A stretch of 64,000 bases of DNA from Podarcis pityusensis (Eukaryota), in assembly GCA_964106645.2 (NCBI GenBank), contig CAXKZF020000004.1. One strand, written 5' to 3'. Within the stretch, counting starts at the first letter, position 1; each line of letters starts with the position of its first letter. The position numbers and the translations under genes are program-made. Shown one piece after another: positions 27,101 through 35,707 of this stretch. Under the pieces are notes generated by a model. That model was not told the DNA's origin. It searched no databases and saw nothing but the letters and a program-made list of their open reading frames with translations.

Positions 27101-30100
27101 TATTTGCTGTTGCAGACGAGAAACAGAGAAATGGAAATCAGTATTAAGAAGCGTTAGGGTGCAATTTATGCTGCTCCAAAAATGCATCAAGATGAATGTC
27201 ATGAAAGTGTCCCCCCCCCAAAAAAAACCCCGATCCGGATCCCCAATTTTTGGAGATGTGGGAATAGGAAAACACAAAAGCAAAAATGTGTGCAGTAATG
27301 GGAACATAGGGAGTTGTCTTAGACCACATTAGGCTGCTGACCCACATAGGCCAGTGACTGACAGTGGCTCTCCAGAATTTCAGGATGGGGAGATGCCAGG
27401 AGCACGCAAACGCTATTAGCAACACCCATTTTTCATATTAGAAAGACTTTAAAGCAATTAAGCTCACTTCGATACAGTGGTGCCTCGCAAGACGAAATTA
27501 ATTCGTTCCGCGAGTTTTTTCGTCTTGCGGTTTTTTCGTCTTGCGAAGCACGGTGTCGGAAAAGTTTTGGAAAAGCTTCAAAAATCACCAAAGTCTTCAA
27601 AAACCTCAAAAAAGGCTACCACACCGCGTGCTATGAGTTGCTCCTCGAAGTCAAGTCGCAACTGTATTAACGGTTTTAAGAAAAAGGAAACAAACTTGCA
27701 AGACGTTTCCGTCTTGCGAAGCAAGCCCATAGGGAAAATCGTCTTGCGAAGCAACTCAAAAAACCAAAAACCCTTTCGTTTTGCGAGTTTTCCGTCTTGC
27801 GAGGCATTCGTCTTGCGAGGTACCACTGTATACTTGTTGCAGCAAGGACTGGATCCTGCTCCCTTCTCTTCCCATTAAACTGCAAGTTTTCTGCAAGTTC
27901 ACATGCTCCATGCTAAAATCTCCTCCTCTCTTCCCACCTCCAAAAACTTCTGGGTCCCAAGTTCATCAACGTTCTGCCTGGGAAGGTCTTTGTTTGCAAT
28001 TCAAATATTGTTTTGATTTGCTATGGGGTTTTATTTCTATTCGACGTACTGTGGGGGTTTCAAATAGGCCTGATGGAACCCTGGGTTTTTAAAGCAGCTT
28101 ACTGGGAGTTGAGCACCATGAGATGATCAGTATCGGTAGAACAGCTTTGCCTGAATCTCAAGCTCCCCACAGGATGCAGGTGAATTTAGAAGCGCTGTAC
28201 CAGCAACACACTCAAGCCAATGGGGAGGCATGATGGGCTGGCCAGCACCTTCCATGAAGAATGTGCCCCAGAATCCTTTGCCATATGCCGGTGGCTTGTG
28301 GTAGTTGTGTGGGGGGTTTGTTTCTCTCTATAGATGAGTCAATTTGGGGTGGGTGGGTGTTGCAGTACACACCAAAACAGCAAAAGGGAAGGTTTAAGTT
28401 TCCTGCAGACTATGCAAAGGAAACCACTGAGTCGCCGTATTTACCAACCCATTACAAAACAAAACACAATCTTTGTTATCCTTTCAAAAAGGCCTACGAT
28501 TACCTAACCAACAATGGCGATGAATGCACAGCGACTAACCCCCCCCGGGTGTTTGCGACCCACAGTTGGGGTATTCGGAGGTGGTTTTACTGCACTCCAA
28601 ATACACACAAAAAGAACCACTCACCCCAATTCTTTTGTCGTCAAAAGGGAACGCAGTTGCTGATTCATACGTTCCAAGCATTCCAATAGATCCATCAATC
28701 CCTTTAGCCCCACCGTTCATTGAAAACCTGGAACTGGGAGGGTGTTCTGAAATAATTGCCTACTAAGCTTCATTAAAAATAAAAGTGTTTGCCACTTCCG
28801 AGGCATGTGGCCTTTATTGAAGCTGGAGCTTCCTGCAGCGGTGAGCGAGATACACAAATCCTATTTAGTGCAAAACTGTGGGGGCTTCATTCTGTGTGGG
28901 GTTGGCTATTTAGACAATCAGCTCTGGGAAGCCTCTATATAGTACGCCGGTTGATGACTGAAGCTCATTCATGAATGGAGGACCATAAGTGCTTAGGGTA
29001 TTAAAAGGGCCATTGTGCTTGCAGCACTTAATAAAGTTAATTCAGCTATGCCAGTTGAATGAAGTGATAAAATTAATACTGCTACGTTAGTCTACTGGCT
29101 GCTCCTTCTACAACCCCCCTGCAAGTATATTTTAGAAACAGATTTTTATTTGGAGTGGGGAGGGGCACAGGGACACAGCGGGAGGTTTTACTCCCCCATC
29201 CCAGCAAGTCAAACCTGATGATTCCAAACTGGCTGAAATTTGAGAATTTTGCAAAAACACAGAAGGATACTGTAAGAGTTTTAAACACAAGGTGGCTCAG
29301 ATACACAGCGATGGGATATAAAAGAAGAAAGCCTCTTTCCCAGCCCATCAAGGGTTGTTATAAAACTGTTTGCTTCTTCCAACATCAAGAAGATTAAGCA
29401 GGGGTGTTGTTTCCCTTTACCTGCATTTTTTACCTGAAAGCCACAGAATCCCAAATGGGAACGATCCTTCTGGACATGCTTAATTTGAAGTTGGCAAGAC
29501 AAAAGGCAAGAAATCAGGTTTACAACAGAGCCGCAGTTTCAAGTCATCCTCTAATATCTGAGGATTTCAAGTGGAGCATTCTTGAGTCAGCTTAATCCCC
29601 TGACAATGCAGAAATCCAGTTTGAAGCTACATCAAGCTCTTTTTTTGTGTTAAGGCGCATGTCTTGATTTTTCTTTGCTAAAGAACTCGTTTGGCTTTAG
29701 CAGCCAGCTTTCCAAATTGGGAAACAGAACAAACCTGCAACCGACTTAAATCATCACGAACCACTTGTGGCTAATATGGTTTGCATCATTTCAAAGCCCA
29801 AGAGAAAGAACGACCAAGCAAGAGGGACGTTCATGTTTGGCAGAGAGCAAACTTAATTTCACACCTAAAGGTAGAAAATCAGCTTAGATTTAGCTGGTTC
29901 TTGAAGACTCAAAGGAGGCCAGGAACAAGAACTGGACTCTTGTGCATTTTACAGACTTACTTTTTTGACCTTGCAAAAAAGAAAAGAAAAAAGAAGGCTA
30001 ATAACTCACAAAATAATTAACTCTAGCTAGCATGCAAGAAAGCTAGACTTCAATGGGGAAAGGGAGTTGTGTTACCCTGCCCTGTGCATGGTAGGTCACA

Positions 30101-33100
30101 ACATCCTCACTCAACCATGGGAGAGGCACCCGCTGTGTATTCCCCAAACTCCTTCTCAGACTGCAGCCAGATGTGGAAAGAGCTGTTGCTTCTCCCAGAA
30201 ATTATCTGCACCTCCTTGGGATGCCCACCTTTAACGCCAGAGAACCGATGATTCCCAGTGTACCATATTCACTAAACGACTCCTATTCATCCCCCCTTAC
30301 TTCTTAAGTTGCTAGCCTGGGGTTGGGGGGGGGGGGTTAGAGCAACAGAAAAGCAAGTCATGCAAGAGAAACCTGCCTGATAAAATAGGGCTTACTTTCC
30401 CCTTGTTGCTATGCCACTAAGGCCCCGGATATGGTTACATGCTTCCAGCTACTAATCTGGAGAAAGCACTGTTCGAAGGGTAACGCAGTTTAGAACAAGA
30501 AGACGTGCAAATGAATGGCCACAATGCGGGGTTTGTTTGGAGAGACCTATTTAGCGGAGGTCAAAGGTTCTCTTCCATGCAACTGGTACCAGGGTTACTG
30601 CAAGTCAATTTCGAAAGTCACAAAAAAACCCCACCACAAGCACAGCGGAGGCATTTTGCAATGGAATGTCAGCGGAAGTGCCCTCCTTTAAGTCTTCAGA
30701 AATTGCACATATAAATGTCGGGAGCACTCTACTTAATATGCAGAGTTATGTAAATGAGGGGCTGCTGAAACCAACTTGCCAACACACCTCAAAGCAATGA
30801 GGGCACGAGTCTAGGTTTCAATGTTGAAAACAAGGCATAGTATGAGTTTCTAGACACAAGCACATGAATGAGATCGCTCCCCCTAAATTTGCATAGCTTG
30901 GTCCTGTTTTTTAGAGGACAGCCTGGAGGCAGATCACTGGCTGTAGAGAGCATCACCGCTGAGGTCACAGAGAGGAAGGCAATACTGTGACCCACTTATC
31001 ATCTCTTCTAATATCTACATTTTATCCCATCCTTTTCCGAAGGTGATGGCAGGACTAAACGGTAATCAGGCATTTAATACGGCACTGTTTAAAAATATCA
31101 GAACCTATTATGGCATGAGTCCTGTACATCTTAAAGAGTTCCTCTGCCTATAAAAGAACTTCTCTACTGTCCTGGACTGGCTGGGTGCAGAGGAATGCGG
31201 GGAGGAGCTGGCTGGGGAACTCCCAAGGGAAGAAGGCTCAAAGTCCGGGAAGAGGAGGTGTTTGAAGCTGAAGAGGTAACAGGGCTTAGTGAGTGAGAGG
31301 AGTCTACGGCAGAGATGTCCAGAATTGGTGGCAGAAGCTGAAGCAGAAGAGGGAGGCCAAGAGGCAAGGATGAGTGCAGCTGGTGAAGAAGCCAGGGAGT
31401 CTCCCCCTCCTGCGGGGACAAGCTCTCTTCCTCCCTGAAGAACCAGGAGAGGTCTGAAGAGGGTGGAGAAAGTGCAGGCTCAGATTGCTTGGGGTAAACC
31501 CTGGAGAAGAGGGGTCTTAGGCAGCTGTGGGGAGGTGGGGATCTCCTGTCTCCGCAAGTGCTTTGCAGGGGCAAGACCTGTTGGAGATTAGTTGCTGTGC
31601 TCATTAGTCTGGATACTCCTGTGCAGATCCTGTTGTTGTTGTTTTTTTCTAATAAAGAGTTAACTCCACCAACTGTGCTTTCCCGCTAGCTCACTCCTGG
31701 CATCTACCTACTGGTACTTGCTGAGATAAAGGTTTCTGTTCCTCGATAAGGGAGATGTAGCAAAGACCGGTTCAGTGCATTTTACGCACCCTCACTCTCC
31801 ACTGTGATGGGGAACCACACGTCCAGGGCCCCAATACGGCTACCCAGGCCTCTCTGTTCTGGCCCTCTGAATCTTCCCTGGCCACACCCCTTAACACTAC
31901 ACCCTCCTTGAGTGTTTTTGCCTGTCTAGACTGTGTCCTTGACCTCCAACAAGGCTTTGTGCTTGCCTGGATAGAGAACAGAGAGGGATGCATAGAAACT
32001 AACCTACGATTCGAAAAGTTAAACTTATCCGATGTTACACCACCCTCTTTTCTCAGTCCCCACCCAAAAGAGTATGTGGCAGCTCACCTCGGCCTCTCCC
32101 CAGGAGGCACAACTGCCCCACACAATTCTCAAGGGGCAGTTTTAAGTTGCTAACGCCAGAACACTGGCACACCCTTGGGTGAGTGTAAAAGCCTGCCCTG
32201 CGTTCAAACTGAGGTTCCTTCTGAGCCATCCAACCCACAGGTCTTTGGACAAGTTACGGCCAGTTTAAGCTCACCGGGGTCAAAGAGAGGCGTAAAAGAT
32301 TTCCGAGAAGAGTTATGGCACAAACACCTTTCTAGGCCAATATTTTGCAAGCTAAGCTCCTTATTTGTAGGCAACATTTCGCAAACAAAGCTCTGCCTTC
32401 TACTGTATGCCTCCATATATATATATTTTTGATGGCTTTACATTATGCAGCAAAAGCCGCTGAACGTTCACTCATTGTGGATAATCTGTCTGAGAGATCT
32501 GCAGTTAATTGAGAGACATGTCTTGCATCTTAAGATAAAGTCTTCAACACTACTGAGAGCTGCACATCACTCACTTCCAACTTAGATCAATCCCTTTTGA
32601 TAATCACTATCCCGTATGCTATGTATGTCACACTCTAAGGTTAACATTACAAATGTGTAGTGTAGACATCCTTGAGTCAATGTAAATAAGTTAATTTGTT
32701 CAGATTTCCCACCCTATCCTGAGGGTTCAAAACTAAATTGGTGCTTCTAAGCAACACCGTGTGAGGTAGTGTTAGGTAAGAAATGTGGCTTCCCCAAGGC
32801 CAAACAGCAACGTGGCCCCTTGTCTTCTGCATATGTGAATGAAACATGATCTACTGTTCTACCTGGGCTTCTTAAAAAAAAGACGAGGACTTAGATTAGG
32901 CTTTGGAACATCTAAACTGAAATCTAATTCTAAGCATTACTATACTCCTATTGCACAAGCAACAGCTTCAAACCATCAAAACATCAGGAGACATTGGAAT
33001 ATGTATTATTTGCTGAGTAATGTGAACTTCAAGAGCTGAGTCAACTTTGAAAGAAGATGGACTTTGGTACTGGAAGATCAACATTATTGCGACTTTAAAA

Positions 33101-35299
33101 GTGTGGTGTCAGTTGACGTTTCAAGGATAGCTGAAATAGTTGGCTTTTGAACAGGGATTTGCAATGACCTGGGGAGAACCTCAGAAAAAGCAGAACAGCT
33201 CAATAGTGTGCTACAGGTAAGGCCTAGAACCACAAAAGGCCAGGAATGAGTACAAAAACGTGTGTCCAATAGTGTCCTTAGGGTACGGTGAATGGGGGTG
33301 ATCGCCCCAGTCCTCAAACCTGGGGAGCCACGCACAGGTTAACACAAAGCACTGTGTCACCCAAGGTGAATGTTACTGCCTTGGCTCTTTGCTTCCCTCT
33401 CCTTTGGCTAAGGAAGCTGTTCTGCTGCTGCTAACATGGCAGTAGCCACTTCCCCTCTTACTCTTAGGAAGGTGGGGGGTCCTTCTCCGAGCCAGGCATT
33501 CTCGAGGTAGCCCAGACCAGCGCTTGTGTCACCGCCACTTCAAAGTTGCTTTCAACATCACTAAATGAACGCTGGGCTTTCCTTTGAAGCCTGGAACAAA
33601 CTAGCCTACCCATAAATACAGCAGAGAGCTAAATCCTTTAGGATTGCCAAATGCACACCTGGGGAGGCAATAATGGGATGGCTGTATTGGAAAGTTGGGG
33701 GGGGGGGGTAATTTAGTAGAGTGCAACATGTAGCAGTATCTATTGCCAGGTAGTTGGATGTGCAGCTGGTGATATCGGCCTTGACTAGAAGCCAGGGTGG
33801 ATAAAAAAAATCAAAATAAAAAAAATATCAGATTTTTAAAATTTAAATTGGATTTTTTTTAAAAAAATTGGATTTTTAATATAAAATGCTTTTGAAGGAA
33901 AAATCTTTCTAAAGATAACTTTGTATTTAATTTACACTATAGTCCAAAGGCTATTCATCAGGAAATAAGGATTTAAGTTTTTCATGTGTGCTAAAACTCA
34001 GCCTAAATTTTTGGTTTTTGTTTTAAAAATGTTTTAACCACATCAGTTAACAAACATGTATACATATGCTATAATGTTATTGTTTTAGTTAAATAAATTG
34101 TTTAAATTGTTATTAAGGAAACGATTGTTTTTCTCCTTCCAATTAAGTACAGCAGCAAAGTTGTCCAAATATAAACAGTTAACTTATTAAACCTCATAAT
34201 AATTTCATAATTATCTGTCTATTTCTAATAGTATAACCAAATCAGTAATTTTTGATATAACTGTAAAACCTACTCTGAAAATTTATTATTCCAAAAATGA
34301 AACCTTCATCTTGTTGTAAATATTAAGATTATACCAGCAAGAATGAGTCTTTCTGTAATTTTTTTTTTATTTAAATCAAGTTTTACTGACTAGTAAAGCA
34401 TGATTCAAATTGATTTGATTTAAATCAAATCCACCCTGCCAGAAGCTAAAAGTTTTGCAAGTCCTCTAAGGATGAAAGTAGAAAAAGGAAAAGGGAAGGC
34501 ACAGAAGGCAGAAAAATTAAGGTAACTCTTAGGAAACACAAACACACCAATAATGGGATCAGTTAATTTCTTCATATGATACCTACAAATCTGCCTTATT
34601 CAGTGAAAGTTACAGTTCCTTCTAACTCCCAACGCCACCACACCAGCCTTGTAGGGTTTGGATATTCCTTCCTGAACTAGGGTTTTGTTGAATGATACTG
34701 CAGCATGGCGATTGGCTGGCACACAGGGAGGCAAACTGGGTTGGGTGGCTGGATGATGGCGTTACTTCTCACGTCAGCATGGCACCTCCCTTGGAGCCAA
34801 GACACTGGTATGGAAAGTAATCGCATGATCCACTCAACCCGCATGGCTCCTGGTTACACTGATGTGGATTGAGGGTTCCACCATAGGAGTGGCTTCCTGA
34901 GAACCAGTGGCTTGTATGCTGTGGTCCCTGCTTGCCTCTTGAAGAGGTGGGTACAGCAAAATCAGAAAACACCTCCAGAGGGCCAACTTGTTCTGCTGTT
35001 TCATGGATAACAGAGGATGAACGATGGCGACTGTTCATGGTTATGCAATTCCACTTACCTATTTGTAACAATACTGGCGTCACCAAAGCTGTCTCCATGG
35101 CGTAACAGAATTCTCTGCCAAACATCACGGCCCCGTGCATCACCCAGAGACGTACAGGTATCCGATCTATGGATCCTTCGCTTATGGTCTCTTCCTTACT
35201 CTCATTCTCGTTTTCCGGTTTCTGAAGCTGAACCACGGGTAGCTCTTCAACTTGCATAGATTCCGAGTCAGCATTCTGGGGAGCCATTTTCATTACCAT
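3292..35299 (-). CDS. SLC45A4: Solute carrier family 45 member 4 (MFS-fold transporter); spliced CDS of 7 coding exons, 787 aa
   Basis: The joined exons (241+189+180+1076+100+212+366 = 2364 nt) read without a break from [16 protein letters not shown] to [10 protein letters not shown]. Recognisable SLC45A4 segments include [30 protein letters not shown] and [19 protein letters not shown]. All introns are GT-AG with matching phases. Confidence 0.97.
3790..4623 (+). mobile_element. L1-clade LINE ORF2 3' fragment, interrupted by a MITE
   Basis: Translates to [18 protein letters not shown] (part of a C-terminal Cys/His motif) and continues after 4108 in degenerate form. Confidence 0.6.
3854..4106. 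mobile_element. Tc1/mariner-superfamily MITE
   Basis: TA|CAGTCATACCTC...GAGGTACCACTG|TA termini with TA duplication; internal GCATGCGC-like repeats. Confidence 0.8.
4624..4753. other. Assembly gap (130 N)
   Basis: Run of n characters in the last SLC45A4 intron. Confidence 1.
5088..5299 (-). CDS. SLC45A4: SLC45A4 coding exon 6 (212 nt)
   Basis: Acceptor CCTTTTTGCAG|CCTTG and donor GCAG|GTAGGT. Encodes [13 protein letters not shown]...[13 protein letters not shown]. Confidence 0.96.
5520..5619 (-). CDS. SLC45A4: SLC45A4 coding exon 5 (100 nt)
   Basis: Acceptor CTTCACTGCAG|GCCCCT and donor TCAG|GTAAGA. Encodes [33 protein letters not shown]. Confidence 0.95.
5639..5959. mobile_element. hAT-type MITE (family A)
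   Basis: TIRs CAGGGGTCAGCAAAC / GTTTGCCTACCCATG and a degenerate 8-bp TSD (caatagag/caattaag). Homologous copies at 49746 and 52574. Confidence 0.8.
6040..6515 (-). mobile_element. Older L2-like LINE 3' fragment
   Basis: Diverged similarity to the reverse complement of the L2 at 61488-62385 (e.g. ggctttacaggtcaaaaccagaactttgaattg), with an (ATTG)n tail remnant. Confidence 0.55.
6859..7934 (-). CDS. SLC45A4: SLC45A4 coding exon 4 (1076 nt; includes the large central cytoplasmic loop)
   Basis: Acceptor CCTTCCTTAG|GTCTTGG and donor CAAG|GTGAGT. Lies within ORF 6796..8100 and reads [15 protein letters not shown]...[16 protein letters not shown]. Confidence 0.97.
8553..8700 (-). mobile_element. 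tRNA-derived squamate SINE (Squam3-like), 3' part
   Basis: Reverse complement of the element at 13985-14155 (ggaagctgccttatac...ctggctggcagcagc). The family name is tentative. Confidence 0.45.
8734..8913 (-). CDS. SLC45A4: SLC45A4 coding exon 3 (180 nt)
   Basis: Acceptor TTCCTGCCAG|GCCTGG and donor GCTG|GTATGT. Encodes [60 protein letters not shown]. Confidence 0.96.
9159..9633 (+). mobile_element. L2 LINE 3' fragment with (TTA)n tail, split by a 90-bp MITE
   Basis: Colinear with 62012-62385 on both sides of 9314-9403. Confidence 0.85.
9314..9403. mobile_element. 90-bp hAT-type miniature element
   Basis: TIRs CATAGCTGACAAC / GTTGACACCTATG (11/13 complementary) and a perfect 8-bp TSD CACCCACC (9306-9313 and 9404-9411). 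Confidence 0.85.
10350..10571 (-). mobile_element. Bov-B (RTE) LINE 3' fragment with an internal deletion
   Basis: (TTG)n tail followed by tttagtcgtgtccgactcttcgtgacccca, the reverse complement of the 3' end at 11056-11173. Confidence 0.85.
10757..10789. repeat. (TAC)n microsatellite
   Basis: Seen directly. Confidence 0.9.
10855..11178 (+). mobile_element. Bov-B (RTE) LINE 3' fragment
   Basis: [40 protein letters not shown]...[12 protein letters not shown] is a typical Bov-B RT C-terminus; (CAA)n tail. Confidence 0.9.
11823..12258 (+). mobile_element. LINE 3' UTR of uncertain clade
   Basis: T-rich tract ending ggtctgtgaccgtaataaa followed by an (ATTC)n tail. Confidence 0.4.
12481..12669 (-). 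CDS. SLC45A4: SLC45A4 coding exon 2 (189 nt)
   Basis: Acceptor TCTTTTAG|GTCTTCCT and donor ATAG|GTAAAT. Encodes [63 protein letters not shown]. Confidence 0.96.
13237..13455 (-). mobile_element. CR1 LINE 3' fragment
   Basis: agaatcat...gggtcatctagtccaacccc...catccatgacagatggcca, shared with 57164-57570. Confidence 0.75.
13456..13980 (-). mobile_element. Probable L1-clade LINE 3' fragment
   Basis: Degenerate minus-strand coding-like segment ([12 protein letters not shown]-like) with an A/T-rich 3' region. Confidence 0.4.
13985..14155 (+). mobile_element. tRNA-derived squamate SINE (Squam3-like)
   Basis: Head with A/B-box remnants (gtagagcat...ggttcaaccccc) and tail gctagatggacca...cttcctatgtt. 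Confidence 0.5.
14234..14583 (-). mobile_element. Sauria SINE
   Basis: Full-length copy with a tRNA-like head (ggttcgaatcccc on the minus strand) and an ACCTTT tail; near-identical to other copies in the window. Confidence 0.92.
16369..16723 (-). mobile_element. Sauria SINE
   Basis: Same family as 14234-14583. Confidence 0.9.
18467..18816 (+). mobile_element. Sauria SINE
   Basis: gggacgcgggtggcgctgtgg...ccctttacctt with a 14-bp TSD TTATACAGCAAGAG (18453-18466, 18817-18830). Confidence 0.95.
18850..19370 (+). mobile_element. Probable RTE-type retroelement 5' region fragment
   Basis: Motifs such as ggctaaaccagggagggtag and aaactctgatcctaaacctccgctgcc resemble RTE 5' UTRs; recognised from memory only. 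Confidence 0.3.
19790..19926 (-). mobile_element. Probable RTE-type element 5' end
   Basis: The minus strand begins TTGTTGGCAAGCGTCTGTCTTGAGAGACAATGGAG with a short hairpin. Family assignment is tentative. Confidence 0.3.
20155..20296 (+). mobile_element. SINE with tRNA-Lys-like head and CR1-like tail
   Basis: gctcagacggtagagcatgagactc..atctcaggg...ttcgagccccac matches tRNA-Lys(CTT); tail gggtcccttcc...ttctgtgattcta. A second copy lies at 24021-24155. Confidence 0.7.
21017..21097 (+). mobile_element. tRNA-Ile-like SINE head, truncated next to an L2 tail
   Basis: tagctcagttggtcagagcatggtgctgataacgcc...ggttcgatacccgta; the acceptor stem does not pair. Confidence 0.6.
21098..21551 (-). mobile_element. 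L2 LINE 3' fragment with expanded (CAA)n/(TTA)n tail
   Basis: Reverse complement of 61975-62350. Confidence 0.88.
22615..22964 (-). mobile_element. Sauria SINE
   Basis: Full length, with a 13-bp TSD GGTCCTATCTATA (22602-22614, 22966-22978). Confidence 0.95.
24021..24155 (+). mobile_element. SINE with tRNA-Lys-like head and CR1-like tail
   Basis: Homologous to 20155-20296. Confidence 0.6.
25838..27095. mobile_element. Non-autonomous Tc1/mariner-superfamily element with an internal GC-rich palindromic array
   Basis: TA|CAGTGGTACCCCGCAAGACG...CGTCTTGCGAGGCACCACTG|TA with subterminal CGCAAGACG repeats; no transposase-like ORF. Confidence 0.88.
26140..26740. repeat. Tandem array of four long palindromes
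   Basis: Unit GCAAAGACTTTCGCCCCCCGCCCGCCTTCAGAAGAGGTCC-A-(reverse complement), centred at 26206, 26339, 26513 and 26682. Confidence 0.95.
27475..27828. mobile_element. Short MITE of the same family as 25838-27095, in inverted orientation
   Basis: TA|CAGTGGTGCCTCGCAAGACG...CGTCTTGCGAGGTACCACTG|TA. Its ends are reverse complements of the long copy's ends. Confidence 0.88.
31168..31702 (+). mobile_element. Solo LTR (535 bp; Gypsy-like or ERV)
   Basis: TG...CA termini, 5-bp TSD TCTAC (31163-31167, 31703-31707), AATAAA at 31651. Confidence 0.75.
33793..34438. mobile_element. AT-rich hAT-type MITE (family B), copy 1
   Basis: TIR CAGGGTGGAT / ATCCACCCTG with 8-bp TSD ctagaagc/ccagaagc. Confidence 0.9.
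35059..35299 (-). CDS. SLC45A4: SLC45A4 coding exon 1 (N-terminus and TM1), 241 nt coding
   Basis: ATG at 35299, with further in-frame ATGs at 35293 and 35287. Donor ATAG|GTAAGT at 35059/35058. Encodes 80 codons plus 1 nt. Confidence 0.95.
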
Positions 35300-35347
35300 A
35301 AAAATATATATAATATATATATTTATATATTTATTTATTTATTCTAC

Positions 35348-35494
35348 CTATATAAATAACACTATCATCTCTAACGATAAGTTACGGTGTCTTCTCTTTC
35401 TGATGGCGTCACGTTCCTCGTGCAAGCAATATTTGTAATTCCCCTCGTTACGAACAGGTTCCGTCATCAATTTCGTGTGTAGGCGTTGAAACAT
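35348..35494 (-). other. uORF4, 48 aa (MFQRLHTKLMTEPVRNEGNYKYCLHEERDAIRKRRHRNLSLEMIVLFI*)
   Basis: ATG at 35494 to TAG at 35350-35348. Ends 48 nt before the main ATG and contains 10 CpGs in 147 nt. Confidence 0.6.
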
Positions 35495-35535
35495 TCAGAG
35501 GAACAAAAAGCTATATTTGGTAGGAAATTCAACAT
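35467..35535 (-). other. uORF3, 22 aa (MLNFLPNIAFCSSECFNAYTRN*)
   Basis: ATG at 35535 to TGA at 35469-35467. The stop overlaps an internal ATG of uORF4 (TGATG). Confidence 0.55.
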
Positions 35536-35560
35536 ATGGCTTGCTGGGCTTGCGTTTTGC

Positions 35561-35707
35561 TTACTGTGAACTAGAGTTAAAAATCCATAATTGCCATTCA
35601 GTTAATACCAGTTTCATAATTATTATTGAAGAGGTGCTGAAGTTGTTTTGCTTGCTACACAAAGGTGGAAAGGTGACACAAACAGCTGCTCCACTGGTAA
35701 TCCCCAT
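35561..35707 (-). other. uORF1, 48 aa (MGITSGAAVCVTFPPLCSKQNNFSTSSIIIMKLVLTEWQLWIFNSSSQ*)
   Basis: ATG at 35707 to TAA at 35563-35561, inside the UTR part of the exon. The frame is also open from the exon's first base. Confidence 0.6.
35577..35597 (-). other. uORF2, 6 aa (MAIMDF*), nested in uORF1 in another frame
   Basis: ATG GCA ATT ATG GAT TTT TAA read directly from the sequence. Confidence 0.55.

Noticed and set aside
28261-28766. 142-aa and 66-aa plus-strand ORFs in intron 2 (likewise the 174-aa ORF at 60785-61309)
   Set aside because: No recognisable domain or exon structure; consistent with chance ORFs.
35347-35365. Possible alternative acceptor TTATTTATATAG|G that would skip all uORFs
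   Set aside because: Weak pyrimidine tract and several AG dinucleotides just upstream; not supportable without transcript data.
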